In this document: one piece after another, positions 50,230 to 60,114 of the stretch
Position numbering within the stretch: the first letter of the stretch is position 1
How the letters are laid out: every line of letters begins with the position of its first letter
Source of the DNA: Gemmata sp.
Lineage (GTDB): Bacteria > Planctomycetota > Planctomycetia > Gemmatales > Gemmataceae
Direction of reading: 5' to 3'
DNA length: 64,000 bases
Assembly (NCBI GenBank): GCA_025055115.1
Contig: JANWYJ010000008.1
Location: forward strand, 44,230 to 108,229
Translations under genes and position numbers: made by a program
Notes under the pieces: generated by a model
What the model saw: the letters and a program-made list of their open reading frames with translations, nothing else
Databases searched by the model: none
Told to the model about the DNA's origin: nothing

Positions 50230-51288
50230 TTACGCCGGTTCAGTGGCCAGGTCCCACATCGCGGTCCGAATGTCGCCCAATTGGGGGACACTGTTCAATT
50301 CGTAGTTTTGGTTCATACCAATACCGGGCACATGTTTGCCCATCAAGGTCCGCGGGCGAACAGCCAGGTCGTAGAAGTGTTCGTCGATCACCCGGCGGAG
50401 CAGGTGTTCGCCGAAATTGGTCACTTCCGTATCTTCGTTGACAATCAAGACGCGGCCGGTTTTCAGCACACTGTGGGAGATCATCGACCAGTCGTAGGGG
50501 AACAAACTCCGGAGGTCGATGACATCGAAGGAATAACCGTGTTCGCGGGCCAGTTCGTCGGCGGCTTGTACGCACAGTGGCAGGGGGCGGCCATAGGCAA
50601 TGACGGTACCATGCGAGCCTTCGCGGACTAGATTGGCCACGCCCAGGGGTATGGTGTAATCTTCGAGCGGTGGCCATTGCGGCTGCCAATGGGAGCGATC
50701 GCCGATGGGGGCGTCGATCATGCGGCTCAGTTCGTCCGGGTCGGGCGGTTCGCCGGGAATGAGCTGTTCCCCCCGAACGCGGAGAAGAGCTTTGGGCAGC
50801 AAAACCAGCACCGGATTGGGGTCTTTGATGGCGGCGAGCATCAGGCCGTAGGCATCCAGGGGTGTGGAAGGCATGACGATCTTCCAGCCGGCCAGACGTG
50901 TGGCGAAGCTCTCGAAACTGTGCGAATGGTAGATGCTGCCGCGGATACCCGCGCCGTTGGGTGTCATGACGACAATGGGCAGATCGAAGGCCCCGCCGCT
51001 GGCCCAGCGTTGGTTGCCAGCGATTTTGAATAAATCCATGATATTCAGGGCGTAATCGCAGAACTGGATTTCGCACACCGGGCGGCCCCCAGCGTAGGCA
51101 ATGCCCATCGCCGTCCCGAGGATGCCGCGTTCATCGAGCGGGGTATTCCAGGCGGTCTTCAGCCCTTGGGTAACGGTGAAGACACCGCCCAGTGGCGGGC
51201 CGACGTCTTCGCCAAATACATCCGTGACACCCAAATACTCTTCACCATAGTGCAGTGCCATCCGCACGGCTTGGGCCATGTTTGCCAT
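50230..51288 (-). CDS. 2-oxoacid dehydrogenase E1 component beta subunit
   Basis: Start at ATG 51288 (MANMAQAVRMAL...). VFGEDVG and a transketolase-like pyrimidine-binding domain plus C-terminal domain are present. The 163-aa N-terminal extension of the listed ORF is Arg/Pro-rich and implausible. Confidence 0.93.
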   Translation of the reverse strand: MANMAQAVRMALHYGEEYLGVTDVFGEDVGPPLGGVFTVTQGLKTAWNTPLDERGILGTAMGIAYAGGRPVCEIQFCDYALNIMDLFKIAGNQRWASGGAFDLPIVVMTPNGAGIRGSIYHSHSFESFATRLAGWKIVMPSTPLDAYGLMLAAIKDPNPVLVLLPKALLRVRGEQLIPGEPPDPDELSRMIDAPIGDRSHWQPQWPPLEDYTIPLGVANLVREGSHGTVIAYGRPLPLCVQAADELAREHGYSFDVIDLRSLFPYDWSMISHSVLKTGRVLIVNEDTEVTNFGEHLLRRVIDEHFYDLAVRPRTLMGKHVPGIGMNQNYELNSVPQLGDIRTAMWDLATEPA

Positions 51289-51437
51289 ATTGCTTCGGAG
51301 AGGTTGGAACGTCTGGGCGAGATTGTCTGTGGGGATGATGATTCGCGTGGCGGCCAGTGCGTGTTGCTGGTGTGAATCGTGGCCGAGGGTTACGGCCGGG
51401 GACCTGTGGGGTCGGCTGACCCCCGGCCAGGGTTTGT

Positions 51438-52583
51438 TTAGGGGTGGGGCAATTCGGGGCGTCCGGGTAAGCCGGTGTAGTCGTGGGGGTACACGGCATC
51501 GACCGGGCTGGGGGCGTAGGTGAACCGGTAGACGTCTTCGCGGGTCGGTTCTGGTTCTTTCATGGTTTGGGCCACGGCCTCGTCGGCCTCTTTTTTCGCT
51601 TCCTCTTTGAGGGTGCGAATGGTGGCGGCGTCGATGGCGCCGGCGTCGAGGAGTTTTTGCTCGAACTGGGCCAGTGGGTCCACTTCGTTCCAATTGCGTT
51701 GGGCCCCGCTGGACGAGGAGTGGCCATGCAAGCGGCTGACCATCGCTTCGAGCAAGTAGGGTTTGCGTTCGCGGCGACAATAGCGCATGGCGCGGTCGAT
51801 GGCGTGCCAGGCGATAACCGGGTCGTTGCCGTCGATGGTTTCGTGACGGATACCGTAAGGGATGGCCCGATCGGCGATGGGGCGGTGGGCGTGGACGGTG
51901 TCGATGTCGGTCGAAATTCCAAAGCGGTTGTTGGTGACGACCATCAGCACCGGCAGTTCCAGGCCCGGTCGGGTACTCCAGTTGAGGCAGGTTTCGAAGT
52001 CGCCTTCCGCGGCTCCAGCTTCGCCGCCCACCACGATGGTGATACCTTCATTCTCCGCCGGATTTTTCAGACCATGCCGCTTCTGCACCAGCGCCGTGCC
52101 GGGGGCCATCGCGTACTGCACTTCAATGACGCTGGTGACGGGAACGACATTCCATTCGGGCACGGCATAATGGCCGACAAAGTTGCGGCCCCGGGAATGG
52201 CGGTCGGTCCAGCGCATGGCCAATTGCCGGGTGTGGTCGATCATGGGCATGCCCATGGCTAACAGAACGCCGGCATTGCGGTAGTGGAGGTGGAGGTAGT
52301 CGTAGGCAGGACCGCGGCCTTTGTGAACCTGCAGACCGAGGCAGACGTTGAACGCTTCCTCGCCGGGACCACCAATCCAGAAGTAGGCTTCCCCGGATTT
52401 GGACATTTTGATGCTGCGTTCTTCCAGGGCACGTGTGCGCAGCATTTGGCGATAGACGGTGAGGGCCAGCTCGACCGACATGGCCTCGCGGCCCGAACGG
52501 ATCACCGCGGGGGCGGCGGTTCGGGTGGCCCGCCGCCGCAATTCATCTTCGAAATCGGGCGGCTCCTCGTGCGTTTCGGGCAT
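51438..52583 (-). CDS. 2-oxoacid dehydrogenase E1 component alpha subunit (TPP-dependent)
   Basis: 381 aa with the TPP-binding region GGEAGAAEGDFETCLNW...VVTNNRFGIST. Confidence 0.93.
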   Translation of the reverse strand: MPETHEEPPDFEDELRRRATRTAAPAVIRSGREAMSVELALTVYRQMLRTRALEERSIKMSKSGEAYFWIGGPGEEAFNVCLGLQVHKGRGPAYDYLHLHYRNAGVLLAMGMPMIDHTRQLAMRWTDRHSRGRNFVGHYAVPEWNVVPVTSVIEVQYAMAPGTALVQKRHGLKNPAENEGITIVVGGEAGAAEGDFETCLNWSTRPGLELPVLMVVTNNRFGISTDIDTVHAHRPIADRAIPYGIRHETIDGNDPVIAWHAIDRAMRYCRRERKPYLLEAMVSRLHGHSSSSGAQRNWNEVDPLAQFEQKLLDAGAIDAATIRTLKEEAKKEADEAVAQTMKEPEPTREDVYRFTYAPSPVDAVYPHDYTGLPGRPELPHP

Positions 52584-52953
52584 CGTTAGTACTCCCCGGC
52601 TCTGGGTCGGCTTTCGGAGAGGGGATCGTTGGGGGGGGAACGATCCTGTTCCCGACGGACAACGATCGAGCGGACAGGCCGACCAAGGTCCGTTACATGA
52701 GTGACAGTTCCGGGATACGGGCTGTTCGCGACCCGCCGCAGTTCCGTCGGAGCTGGCATGGCAAACATTGCGCCACCGCTAGCGATTGTGCGTTTTTTTC
52801 ACTTCCGACGGTTCTTCGGGGGTGGTTTTTCGCCCTACAACAACATTTTACGGGGAATCACTGTCGCGTGATTCGGCAAACCCTGTCGGATTTTTGGGCA
52901 GTGGGTGCGTCCTCCTACGTACAAACAGACATCTCCTCCACCTTCTATCGGCA

Positions 52954-55482
52954 TTATACGCCCGAATCTGCCGCGCGGGTGGGCAGTTCTTGGTTGGCGA
53001 ACAACGCCGAGAGTAAATAAAATCCGATGGCCACGCACAAGAGTAATTGGAAGCCCAAAAGGATCGAGGTATTTTCGGCCAATCCGCCGACCAACGCTCC
53101 GGCGACGTTGGCCCCAAAGACGCGATCAGGCTGCCCCGTGCGGCGGAAACTGGTGGCAAAGATCACCCCGGCAAACGCGATCGGGACAAAGACCAACAAA
53201 CAAGCACCGACAATTTGGACTGTCGGGTTGTAGCCGAGAAACGCGCTGGGCGAGACTATCAAACCGATGGCCAAGGCCACGAACAGCCCCGCGTAGTACG
53301 GTTCGAGCCGCCGTGGTTTTACCCAGCCGGCAAACAGGTTCCCGGCCAGGCTCATCACCAGAATAGCCGCGAACACCGCGGTGTTCACCATCCACGTTCC
53401 GCCGAACAACAGAGCCATTTCCACCACAGCTTTGGTTTCGACCAACATGAAGCCCGCTCCCAGGAAAAAGGCGCGGAGCATGGAACCATAGTCGGGGGCG
53501 ATGCCGGCTTCGGTCGCCAGTGCTTGGCGACCACCGTACACCCACCACAGCAGCACCGATAAGCCGAAGATCAACGCCATGCTGCTGGCGGTTTGCGAAG
53601 GAATGCGGGGATAACGAGCATACAGGAAGGGCCAATCGTCGGTCGCCGGCCGCAGCGCCGGATCGGAAGCTTCGATCCGTGCCGGATACAGGCCGAGCCA
53701 CTGCGGCTCGAACTCATCGACAATTGGTTCGCCTGTGGTCGGGTCGCGGGCGAATTCGAAGGTGTTATTCCCCTCGGCATCTTTGACGTAGCGGACTCGA
53801 TATACCGGTGTTGGCGACGGTGGGGGCGGTTGGGCCGGCGGCTCGGTTCCGAAGCGGGCCTGGGTATCGGCGGTCACACCCGTGTACCAAGGGTACCAGT
53901 ACTTGACGGGTTGGCCGTTGTGGGGCGCGAAGGCTTGGCGGAGGGGTTCGATCACGTCCGCCCGGCCGCCGAAGAAGCAGGTACTGGTGGTGGGGAAGAA
54001 TTTGTCAAGCGGCACATAGGCCAGGGGCGGGGTGGTGATGGCCACCGGTTCGACCCCGTCGAAAGCGGCTTGCAATTGGTCGCGAATCCGTGCTGTGATC
54101 CAGCCTTGCCGGAAGAAGTTGTAAACCGCATACACTCCGGTGGGTTTGAGCACACGCTTGACATCTTGGAAACATTCGCGGGTGAACAGATAGCTTTCAA
54201 GCCGCAAGTTGGAATAGCCCGATTGCAGAACGAGCGAGTCGATGAGGGCGAAGACGACCAGGTCATACGTTTCCGAAGGCGCCTGACGCAGGAAGTTGCG
54301 ACCATCGTTGATGTGAACGTGTACGCGCGGGTCTTGGAAGGGTCGGTCGGGGTGGTGCAGTTCGCCAAGGCGTTGGATCACCGGGTCGATTTCCACCGCA
54401 TCGATCTGCACACGGGTGTCGTTCTTCAGAAACATCAACGCTCGCGACACATCGTTGCCGTTACCGGCCCCGATGATCAGTACTTTGCGGAATTCTGGCC
54501 ACGCCGGGGAACCATCGGGCTTTTTCAGATCACGTTGAAACAGATACGGCAGAGCGTAGGGTACGTCGGCCACGGGAGGTTCTGACCGCGGTTCCATCAA
54601 CTGATGACTGATCAGATTCGTGATGATGAAGCGGCGTTTGGCATCATAGTCGATCCGGTAATACTCACTCCAGATCGTCTGCAGGCCCCGACTGCTGACC
54701 AAGCCCGAGGTCGTGGCCGTCAGGGCGATGGCGACCACCAGGCAGCCCAAGGGGACCAAGGGCGAAACCGGCGGAGGCGGCGACGGGGGGAAGTGGGGAG
54801 CAGCCGAGGCCGTCACCCCCGTGACCGACGGCGGCAACGCTTCCCGCACTTCTGCGGTCGCATCCGGGTCGGGCCGCACCAACAAATACGTGATGACAAT
54901 TCCCACCAAGGCGAACCACACCAGCGGCGGCCATCGCTCCATCGAACAGATGGCGAAGGTACCAATACCCAACAAACTCCCCAGCAAGTTCGCCGAATAC
55001 GCGGTGGTGCGGCTGGGCACCCGGTTGAACGCCCGGCCCATCTCCTGCCCCGGACCCACCAAAATGGCCGCGATGATAGCAAAAAACAATGCCCCGACAA
55101 ACTCCATCGGAATGGTGAAAGGCAGCGGATTGTTCAGAATGATGGACGTTTCGGTGCCAAAATACACGACCTCAGGATTGGCCTGATTGCCGACTTTGAA
55201 TACCGGCATCAGGTAGGGCGCGAAATAATCAATCGTCAGGCCCAGGACTATTCCGATCAGCAGCCAGATGGGCGTTTGCCGGATCAAGTTCGTGGGCCGC
55301 CGAGCCACCAGGCAACCAATCGACATTCCAACAAAACACGCCAACAGCACCAGGTTGACGAAAAATGTCAGAAACAACACATGCGACGGAAACCAGCGGA
55401 TGCAGGCGAGTTCGAGAAACAGTACCAGCCAGCTGATCACAAACAGGTCGAGGGCCGGGCGGTGGCGCATGGTGCGGCTCAC
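52954..55482 (-). CDS. Fused polytopic membrane protein / spermidine synthase-like AdoMet-fold domain
   Basis: 842 aa with multiple TM segments at both ends. The central domain VLIIGAGNGNDVSRAL...DAVEIDPVIQRLG...INDGRNFL fits the spermine/spermidine synthase family. Confidence 0.8.
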   Translation of the reverse strand: MSRTMRHRPALDLFVISWLVLFLELACIRWFPSHVLFLTFFVNLVLLACFVGMSIGCLVARRPTNLIRQTPIWLLIGIVLGLTIDYFAPYLMPVFKVGNQANPEVVYFGTETSIILNNPLPFTIPMEFVGALFFAIIAAILVGPGQEMGRAFNRVPSRTTAYSANLLGSLLGIGTFAICSMERWPPLVWFALVGIVITYLLVRPDPDATAEVREALPPSVTGVTASAAPHFPPSPPPPVSPLVPLGCLVVAIALTATTSGLVSSRGLQTIWSEYYRIDYDAKRRFIITNLISHQLMEPRSEPPVADVPYALPYLFQRDLKKPDGSPAWPEFRKVLIIGAGNGNDVSRALMFLKNDTRVQIDAVEIDPVIQRLGELHHPDRPFQDPRVHVHINDGRNFLRQAPSETYDLVVFALIDSLVLQSGYSNLRLESYLFTRECFQDVKRVLKPTGVYAVYNFFRQGWITARIRDQLQAAFDGVEPVAITTPPLAYVPLDKFFPTTSTCFFGGRADVIEPLRQAFAPHNGQPVKYWYPWYTGVTADTQARFGTEPPAQPPPPSPTPVYRVRYVKDAEGNNTFEFARDPTTGEPIVDEFEPQWLGLYPARIEASDPALRPATDDWPFLYARYPRIPSQTASSMALIFGLSVLLWWVYGGRQALATEAGIAPDYGSMLRAFFLGAGFMLVETKAVVEMALLFGGTWMVNTAVFAAILVMSLAGNLFAGWVKPRRLEPYYAGLFVALAIGLIVSPSAFLGYNPTVQIVGACLLVFVPIAFAGVIFATSFRRTGQPDRVFGANVAGALVGGLAENTSILLGFQLLLCVAIGFYLLSALFANQELPTRAADSGV

Positions 55483-55509
55483 GGTACAGTGATGCGGGCG
55501 AAACTATCA

Positions 55510-55521
55510 GGTTCATGAACC
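55510..55521. promoter_or_regulatory. Perfect 12-bp palindrome GGTTCATGAACC in a divergent promoter region
   Basis: Located 28 nt upstream of the 55482 start on the minus strand. A 12-bp tandem gtgttcctgtaa x2 lies at 55678-55701 in the same spacer. Confidence 0.25.
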
Positions 55522-55825
55522 AGTTCTGAGGTTCCCACTGCCAGTGAACGAACGTGCCGAACGAGCGCGGCCGCCGACCATCCGTGGGGGAACCATACCA
55601 AAACGGTTTACTAATGGCAGCGCCCAGCGGAAACCCTCGACGGTTCCGCCGACGCATGCCCTCATCGCTGCGCCTGCGTGTTCCTGTAAGTGTTCCTGTA
55701 ACGATTCGGGCGGCGATGGCGGAAAGCCTATGTGCAAATTTGCCGCGGCGCGTATAACGAAGCGCCCCGGTGCTATTCACAACCCAACGTTGCGCGCCGG
55801 TGTCCCTCTTCGCGGAGATGCACCC

Positions 55826-57964
55826 ATGCGTTCTCGCGTCCTTCTATTCGTGGCGGCCGCCGCCGCGCTGGGATGGCTCATGATTCCCGACACCCTCCAA
55901 GCCGATGAGGGCATGTGGTTGTTCAACAACCCGCCCCGAGCGCAATTGAAAAAGTACAACTTCGATCCGGAGCCCAAATGGCTCGACCATGTCCGACTGG
56001 CCAGCGTCCGTTTCAATTCCGGCGGCTCCGGCAGCTTTGTTTCACCCCACGGTTTGGTGATGACCAATCACCATGTCGCAGCCGATGATTTGCAAAAAGT
56101 CTCCACGCCACAAAACAACTACCTCAAAGATGGCTTCCACGCCAAAACGCTCCAAGACGAAATTCCTTGCAAAGGTTTAGAGCTGAACGTTCTTATCGAC
56201 ATCAAAGACGTCACCGCGGAAGTCGAGAAGGCCGTCCCTCCCGGAACGAACCCTGCCGAAGCCTTTCGCCTGCGGCAAGCCAAGATCGCGGAGTTAGAGA
56301 AAGCCGTAGCCAACCCGGAGAAGAATATCCGTGCCGATGTCGTTACGCTCTACGCCGGCGGCCAGTATCATCTGTACACGTTCAAGAAGTACACCGATAT
56401 TCGCATTGTTTTTGCTCCTGAGAAACAAGCGGCCTTTTTCGGTGGTGATCCCGATAACTTCGAGTATCCCCGTTACTGCCTGGATGTGGCCTTTTTCCGC
56501 GTCTACGAAAATGGCCAACCGATCAACAGCGAACATTATTTGAAATGGAGCGCCGCCGGCTGTCAGGAAGGCGACCTGGTCTTCGTCTCTGGTCACCCCG
56601 GCCGCACCAACCGGGCCAATACTGTTGCCGAACTGAAGTACCTGCGCGACACGGGTTATCCGTATCTGCTGCAACGTCTCAATCGGCTCGAGGTCCTTCT
56701 GGGGGCGTGGGTCGCTCGCAGTGAACGTAACGCGCAACGCGGCGAAGACGAACTATTCGGCATTCAAAACAGCCGCAAAGCCCGTATGGGCGGCCTTGCG
56801 GGCTTAATGGATCCCAAGCTGATGGGCCGCAAAGAGAAGGACGAAGAACGGCTCCGCAACTACATCGTCGGCCTGCAACGGGTTGGAACGGCGTTGCCGC
56901 CGTGGCACGCCGACGCCATGAACGCCTTCGACGTCATTGCCAAAGCTGAGAAGGTTCGGGCTGAAATCATTAAAGAGTACGCCCTTCTGGAAGGTGCTGG
57001 TGGCTTCAACAGTGCTTCCTTCGGGATTGCCCGCACGCTACTGCGGGCGGCGGACGAATTGCCCAAACCCAACGGCGAGCGTCTGCGCGAATTCACCGAC
57101 GCCCGCCTCAGCAGCCTCAAGTTCAGCTTGTTGTCCGATGAACCGATTTATGAAGACCTCGAAATCCTCAAGTTGACCGATGGACTACAGTTCACTGCTA
57201 TAACTATGGGCTATGACAGTGAATTTGTCAAGAAAATTTTGGCCGGAAAATCGCCCCGGGAGCGGGCCTACGAACTGATCAGCGGTACGAAAGTCCGCGA
57301 TCCGAAGGTGCGCGAACGCCTTTGGAATGCGATCGAAGCGGCGGCCAAAAATGGGCAAACCTACGATCTGAAAGCGCTCAACGACCCGATGATCGAGTTG
57401 GCACGCTGGGTGGATGGCCCCGCCCGAGCGGTTCGCAAGCGGCAAGAAAACGAAGTCGATGAACCGAAGCGGCAAGCCTATGCCGCTTTGGCCAAAGCCA
57501 AGTTTGCGATGGATGGCGACGCGGTCTATCCCGATGCTACCTTCACGCTCCGACTGGCCTTTGGAACCGTACAAGGCTACACCGAAGACGGTGTGGCGAT
57601 CCCGGCGTTCACCACGCTCGGCGGCATCTACAAGCGCAGTGCCGAACAAGGGAATAAAGGCCCGTTTGAATTGCCGCCGCGCTGGAAAGCCCGCCAAGAC
57701 AAAATTGACCCCCAAACGCCGTTTAACTTCGTTTGCACGGCCGACATCATCGGCGGTAACTCCGGTAGCCCGGTGCTCAACCGCCAGGCGGAGGTTGTCG
57801 GTTTGATTTTTGATGGCAACATTCACTCGTTGGTGTTGGATTTTATTTACGATCAGGACCTGGCCCGGGCGATTTCGGTGGATAGTCGGGCGATTATTGA
57901 AGCGTTGCGGAAGATTTACGACGCCAACGACCTGGCCGACGAAATCACCGGCCGCAAGAAGTGA
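55826..57964 (+). CDS. S46-family serine peptidase (dipeptidyl-peptidase 7/11-like)
   Basis: Signal peptide followed by ADEGMWLFNNPP, catalytic-type MTNHHV and C-terminal IIGGNSGSPVLN. Start at ATG 55826. Confidence 0.88.
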   Translation: MRSRVLLFVAAAAALGWLMIPDTLQADEGMWLFNNPPRAQLKKYNFDPEPKWLDHVRLASVRFNSGGSGSFVSPHGLVMTNHHVAADDLQKVSTPQNNYLKDGFHAKTLQDEIPCKGLELNVLIDIKDVTAEVEKAVPPGTNPAEAFRLRQAKIAELEKAVANPEKNIRADVVTLYAGGQYHLYTFKKYTDIRIVFAPEKQAAFFGGDPDNFEYPRYCLDVAFFRVYENGQPINSEHYLKWSAAGCQEGDLVFVSGHPGRTNRANTVAELKYLRDTGYPYLLQRLNRLEVLLGAWVARSERNAQRGEDELFGIQNSRKARMGGLAGLMDPKLMGRKEKDEERLRNYIVGLQRVGTALPPWHADAMNAFDVIAKAEKVRAEIIKEYALLEGAGGFNSASFGIARTLLRAADELPKPNGERLREFTDARLSSLKFSLLSDEPIYEDLEILKLTDGLQFTAITMGYDSEFVKKILAGKSPRERAYELISGTKVRDPKVRERLWNAIEAAAKNGQTYDLKALNDPMIELARWVDGPARAVRKRQENEVDEPKRQAYAALAKAKFAMDGDAVYPDATFTLRLAFGTVQGYTEDGVAIPAFTTLGGIYKRSAEQGNKGPFELPPRWKARQDKIDPQTPFNFVCTADIIGGNSGSPVLNRQAEVVGLIFDGNIHSLVLDFIYDQDLARAISVDSRAIIEALRKIYDANDLADEITGRKK

Positions 57965-57996
57965 GCCACTAGATAGACTAGACGAGAAGTGAGCCA
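57957..57996. repeat. 12-bp duplication of the S46 peptidase 3' end including the stop
   Basis: agaagtgagcca occurs at 57957-57968 (tga stop at 57962-57964) and at 57985-57996. actaga x2 lies between the copies. Confidence 0.8.
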
Positions 57997-58029
57997 TCAG
58001 CCCTGGGGGCTGCGTACAATTTCTCGGCG

Positions 58030-58056
58030 GGGGGCGCAAGCCCCCTGCTCTGTTTT
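58030..58056 (+). terminator. Intrinsic terminator candidate downstream of the S46 peptidase gene
   Basis: GGGGGC-gcaa-GCCCCC (a GNRA tetraloop) is followed by tgctcTGTTTT. Confidence 0.5.
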
Positions 58057-58118
58057 GCCCCGATCTGCAACAACCCACGATTGCCGTGTCTGGGCACGAA
58101 TTGAGGGGAGAGAACACC

Positions 58119-59537
58119 ATGGCCGACGTTCGCGAAGTTCCGCTGCTGGTGATCGGCGGTGGACCCGGCGGATACCCGGCGGCACTGCATGCTGCCGACC
58201 ACGGTTTGAAGGTCACTCTGGTCGATGAAAGCCCGCAATTGGGTGGGGTGTGCCTCAATCGGGGCTGCATTCCTTCCAAAGCCCTGTTACACACTGCCAA
58301 AATCATTCGCGAAGCCCACGAAATGGCCCAGTACGGTGTCACTTTCGGCCAACCGCAGATCGATCTGGCGAAGCTGCGCGATTTTGTGCAAGCCAAGGTG
58401 ATCGGCAAGTTGACCAGTGGCATTCACCAACTGACCAAAGGCCGGGGTGTGGACGTCGTCACCGGGCGTGCGGTTTTTACCTCGCCGCATACGGTGGAAG
58501 TCACCGGCCCAGTGCCGCAGACGATTCGTTTCGACAAATGCATCATCGCCACAGGCTCGGTGCCCGTCATTCCCAAGCCCTGGCAGATCAACGACCAACG
58601 GGTGATGGATAGCACCGCGGCGCTATTGCTGCCCGAGATTCCCTCGAAACTGCTGGTGATCGGCGGTGGCTACATTGGCTTGGAACTGGGCAGTGTCTAT
58701 GCCGCGTTGGGCAGCCGTGTGACGGTGGTGGAAGCGTTAGAACGGATTCTGTTCATGGCCGACAAAGACCTGGTCGAACCGCTCGAAAAACGCTTGCGGG
58801 CCGAATTCGAGGCGATTTACACCAACACCCAAGTGATAGGACTCGAAGCCACCCCCGACGGTATTGCGGTCCGCTTGGAAGGCTCGGGCGTGCCTACCTC
58901 CCTGGTGTTCGATCGTGTGTTGGTGGCGGTGGGGCGGCGGCCCAATTCCGCTGGCTTGGGATTGGAAAAAGCCGGCGTGCGGGTGAACGAAAAAGGCTAC
59001 ATTCCCATCGACAAACAGCGGCGAACGAACGTACCCCATATCTTCGCCATTGGCGATGTTGGTGAAGAACCGGCCTTAGCACACAAAGCGACTGCCGAAG
59101 CCCGGGTGGCGGTTGAGGTCATTCTCGGCGAGCCGGCGGAGTGGAATCCGCGGTGTATTCCTGCGGTCATTTTCACCGATCCAGAAATTGCCTGGGCCGG
59201 GCTGACGCAAATGGAAGCGGAGAAAGCCAACATCCCCCATGAGGTTCTCAGCTTTCCCTGGGCGGCCAGCGGCCGCGCCGTGACGATCGCTCGCACCGAG
59301 GGACGCACCAAGATGATCGTGGAACCAGAAACCAAGCGGATTTTGGGTGTTGGTATTGTGGGCGCTGGAGCCGGAGAGATGATCGCCGAAGGGGTGTTGG
59401 CCATTGAGATGGGCGCAGTAGCCCGCGACGTGCTGGAAAGCATTCACCCTCATCCGACTCTCAGCGAAACGGTCATGGAGGCTGCCGAGTTGGCCTACGG
59501 GGCGGCGACCCACATGGCCAAACCCCGCAAGCGCTAG
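58119..59537 (+). CDS. lpdA: Dihydrolipoyl dehydrogenase (E3)
   Basis: FAD motif VIGGGPGGY, redox disulfide GGVCLNRGCIPSK and C-terminal HPHPTLSE. Start at ATG 58119. Confidence 0.95.
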   Translation: MADVREVPLLVIGGGPGGYPAALHAADHGLKVTLVDESPQLGGVCLNRGCIPSKALLHTAKIIREAHEMAQYGVTFGQPQIDLAKLRDFVQAKVIGKLTSGIHQLTKGRGVDVVTGRAVFTSPHTVEVTGPVPQTIRFDKCIIATGSVPVIPKPWQINDQRVMDSTAALLLPEIPSKLLVIGGGYIGLELGSVYAALGSRVTVVEALERILFMADKDLVEPLEKRLRAEFEAIYTNTQVIGLEATPDGIAVRLEGSGVPTSLVFDRVLVAVGRRPNSAGLGLEKAGVRVNEKGYIPIDKQRRTNVPHIFAIGDVGEEPALAHKATAEARVAVEVILGEPAEWNPRCIPAVIFTDPEIAWAGLTQMEAEKANIPHEVLSFPWAASGRAVTIARTEGRTKMIVEPETKRILGVGIVGAGAGEMIAEGVLAIEMGAVARDVLESIHPHPTLSETVMEAAELAYGAATHMAKPRKR

Positions 59538-59692
59538 CGGCAGCGGTGGCGGTTATTGCCACTCAAACGCAGCCCGCAACCTCCAAACGCGGCCCGCAAC
59601 CCCGGCGGCCAGATTGCGAACCAGCGCTAGCGGCAGCGGTGGCGGTTATTGCCACCGTCATCGGGTGGCGACCCACATGGCCAAAGCCCGCA
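59497..59692. repeat. Duplicated and reordered copies of the lpdA 3' end
   Basis: Segment Y, agcgctagcggcagcggtggcggttattgccac, occurs at 59530 and 59623 (33/33). Segment X, ...ggcgacccacatggccaaa[c/g]cccgcaag, occurs at 59497 and 59659. caaacgc[a/g]gcccgcaacc x2 lies at 59564-59601. Confidence 0.9.
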
Positions 59693-59975
59693 AGTGAAGC
59701 GAGAGCGTTCCTCCCGTCGTTGGCCCCAGGCGGTAGCCGGCCTCTGATTTCTTCTTCGGAGAATCTTTGTCGGAGAATCTTTCCGCAAACGGTGGTTCTC
59801 CCCTCGGTGGCCCCGGGGGTGGGGACGTTCCACTGCTCCGGCCGCTGCCCCGCCGCCGTCTTCGGTGGACTCGATTCCTAACATCTTGTAATACATAGGC
59901 TTATGATTGCTTTGCCCTGTGGCCGACCGTGGGCATGCGCCCATTCCTCACACCACAGGCCTTTTTCTAAGATCA

Positions 59976-60004
59976 TCGACACCCGTTGGATCGTCCGATA
60001 TAAT
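59976..60004 (+). promoter_or_regulatory. Sigma-70-like promoter candidate for the 60115/61546 paralog pair
   Basis: TCGACA (59976-59981), N17, TATAAT (59999-60004), followed by GGAGA. About 105 nt upstream of ATG 60115. Confidence 0.4.
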
Positions 60005-60114
60005 GGAGACTTTGCTTGGGGCGTTTCCCCCTGATTCCTGCCTGACGCGAAACGCTCACAAGCCCCCTGGGGTTCCATCGCATCTGCTTTCTCTCCCACG
60101 CTGTCGAGGGCTCC

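Noticed and set aside
50230-51780. N-terminal extensions of listed ORFs. Examples: E1beta to 51780, GroES1 to 7029, GroEL3 to 21731, accC to 37028, accB to 37730, the FlgI-like gene to 45702, the S46 peptidase from 55544, and the 29264 CDS to 30025.
   Set aside because: In each case the conserved protein begins at an internal ATG. The upstream translation is Arg/Pro-rich with no homology, and in two cases it overlaps a promoter motif. The shorter starts were used.
58093-58105. Sigma-54-like GGGCACGAATTGAGG just upstream of lpdA.
   Set aside because: The -12 position has TTGAG instead of the conserved TTGC, and the motif sits only about 15 nt from the ATG, overlapping the ribosome-binding region.
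59546-59881. 111-aa ORF downstream of lpdA, and the 78-aa ORF at 9536-9772, both with internally repeated peptides.
   Set aside because: Both read straight through the local DNA repeats, which explains the repeated peptide segments. They have no start context or recognisable domain.
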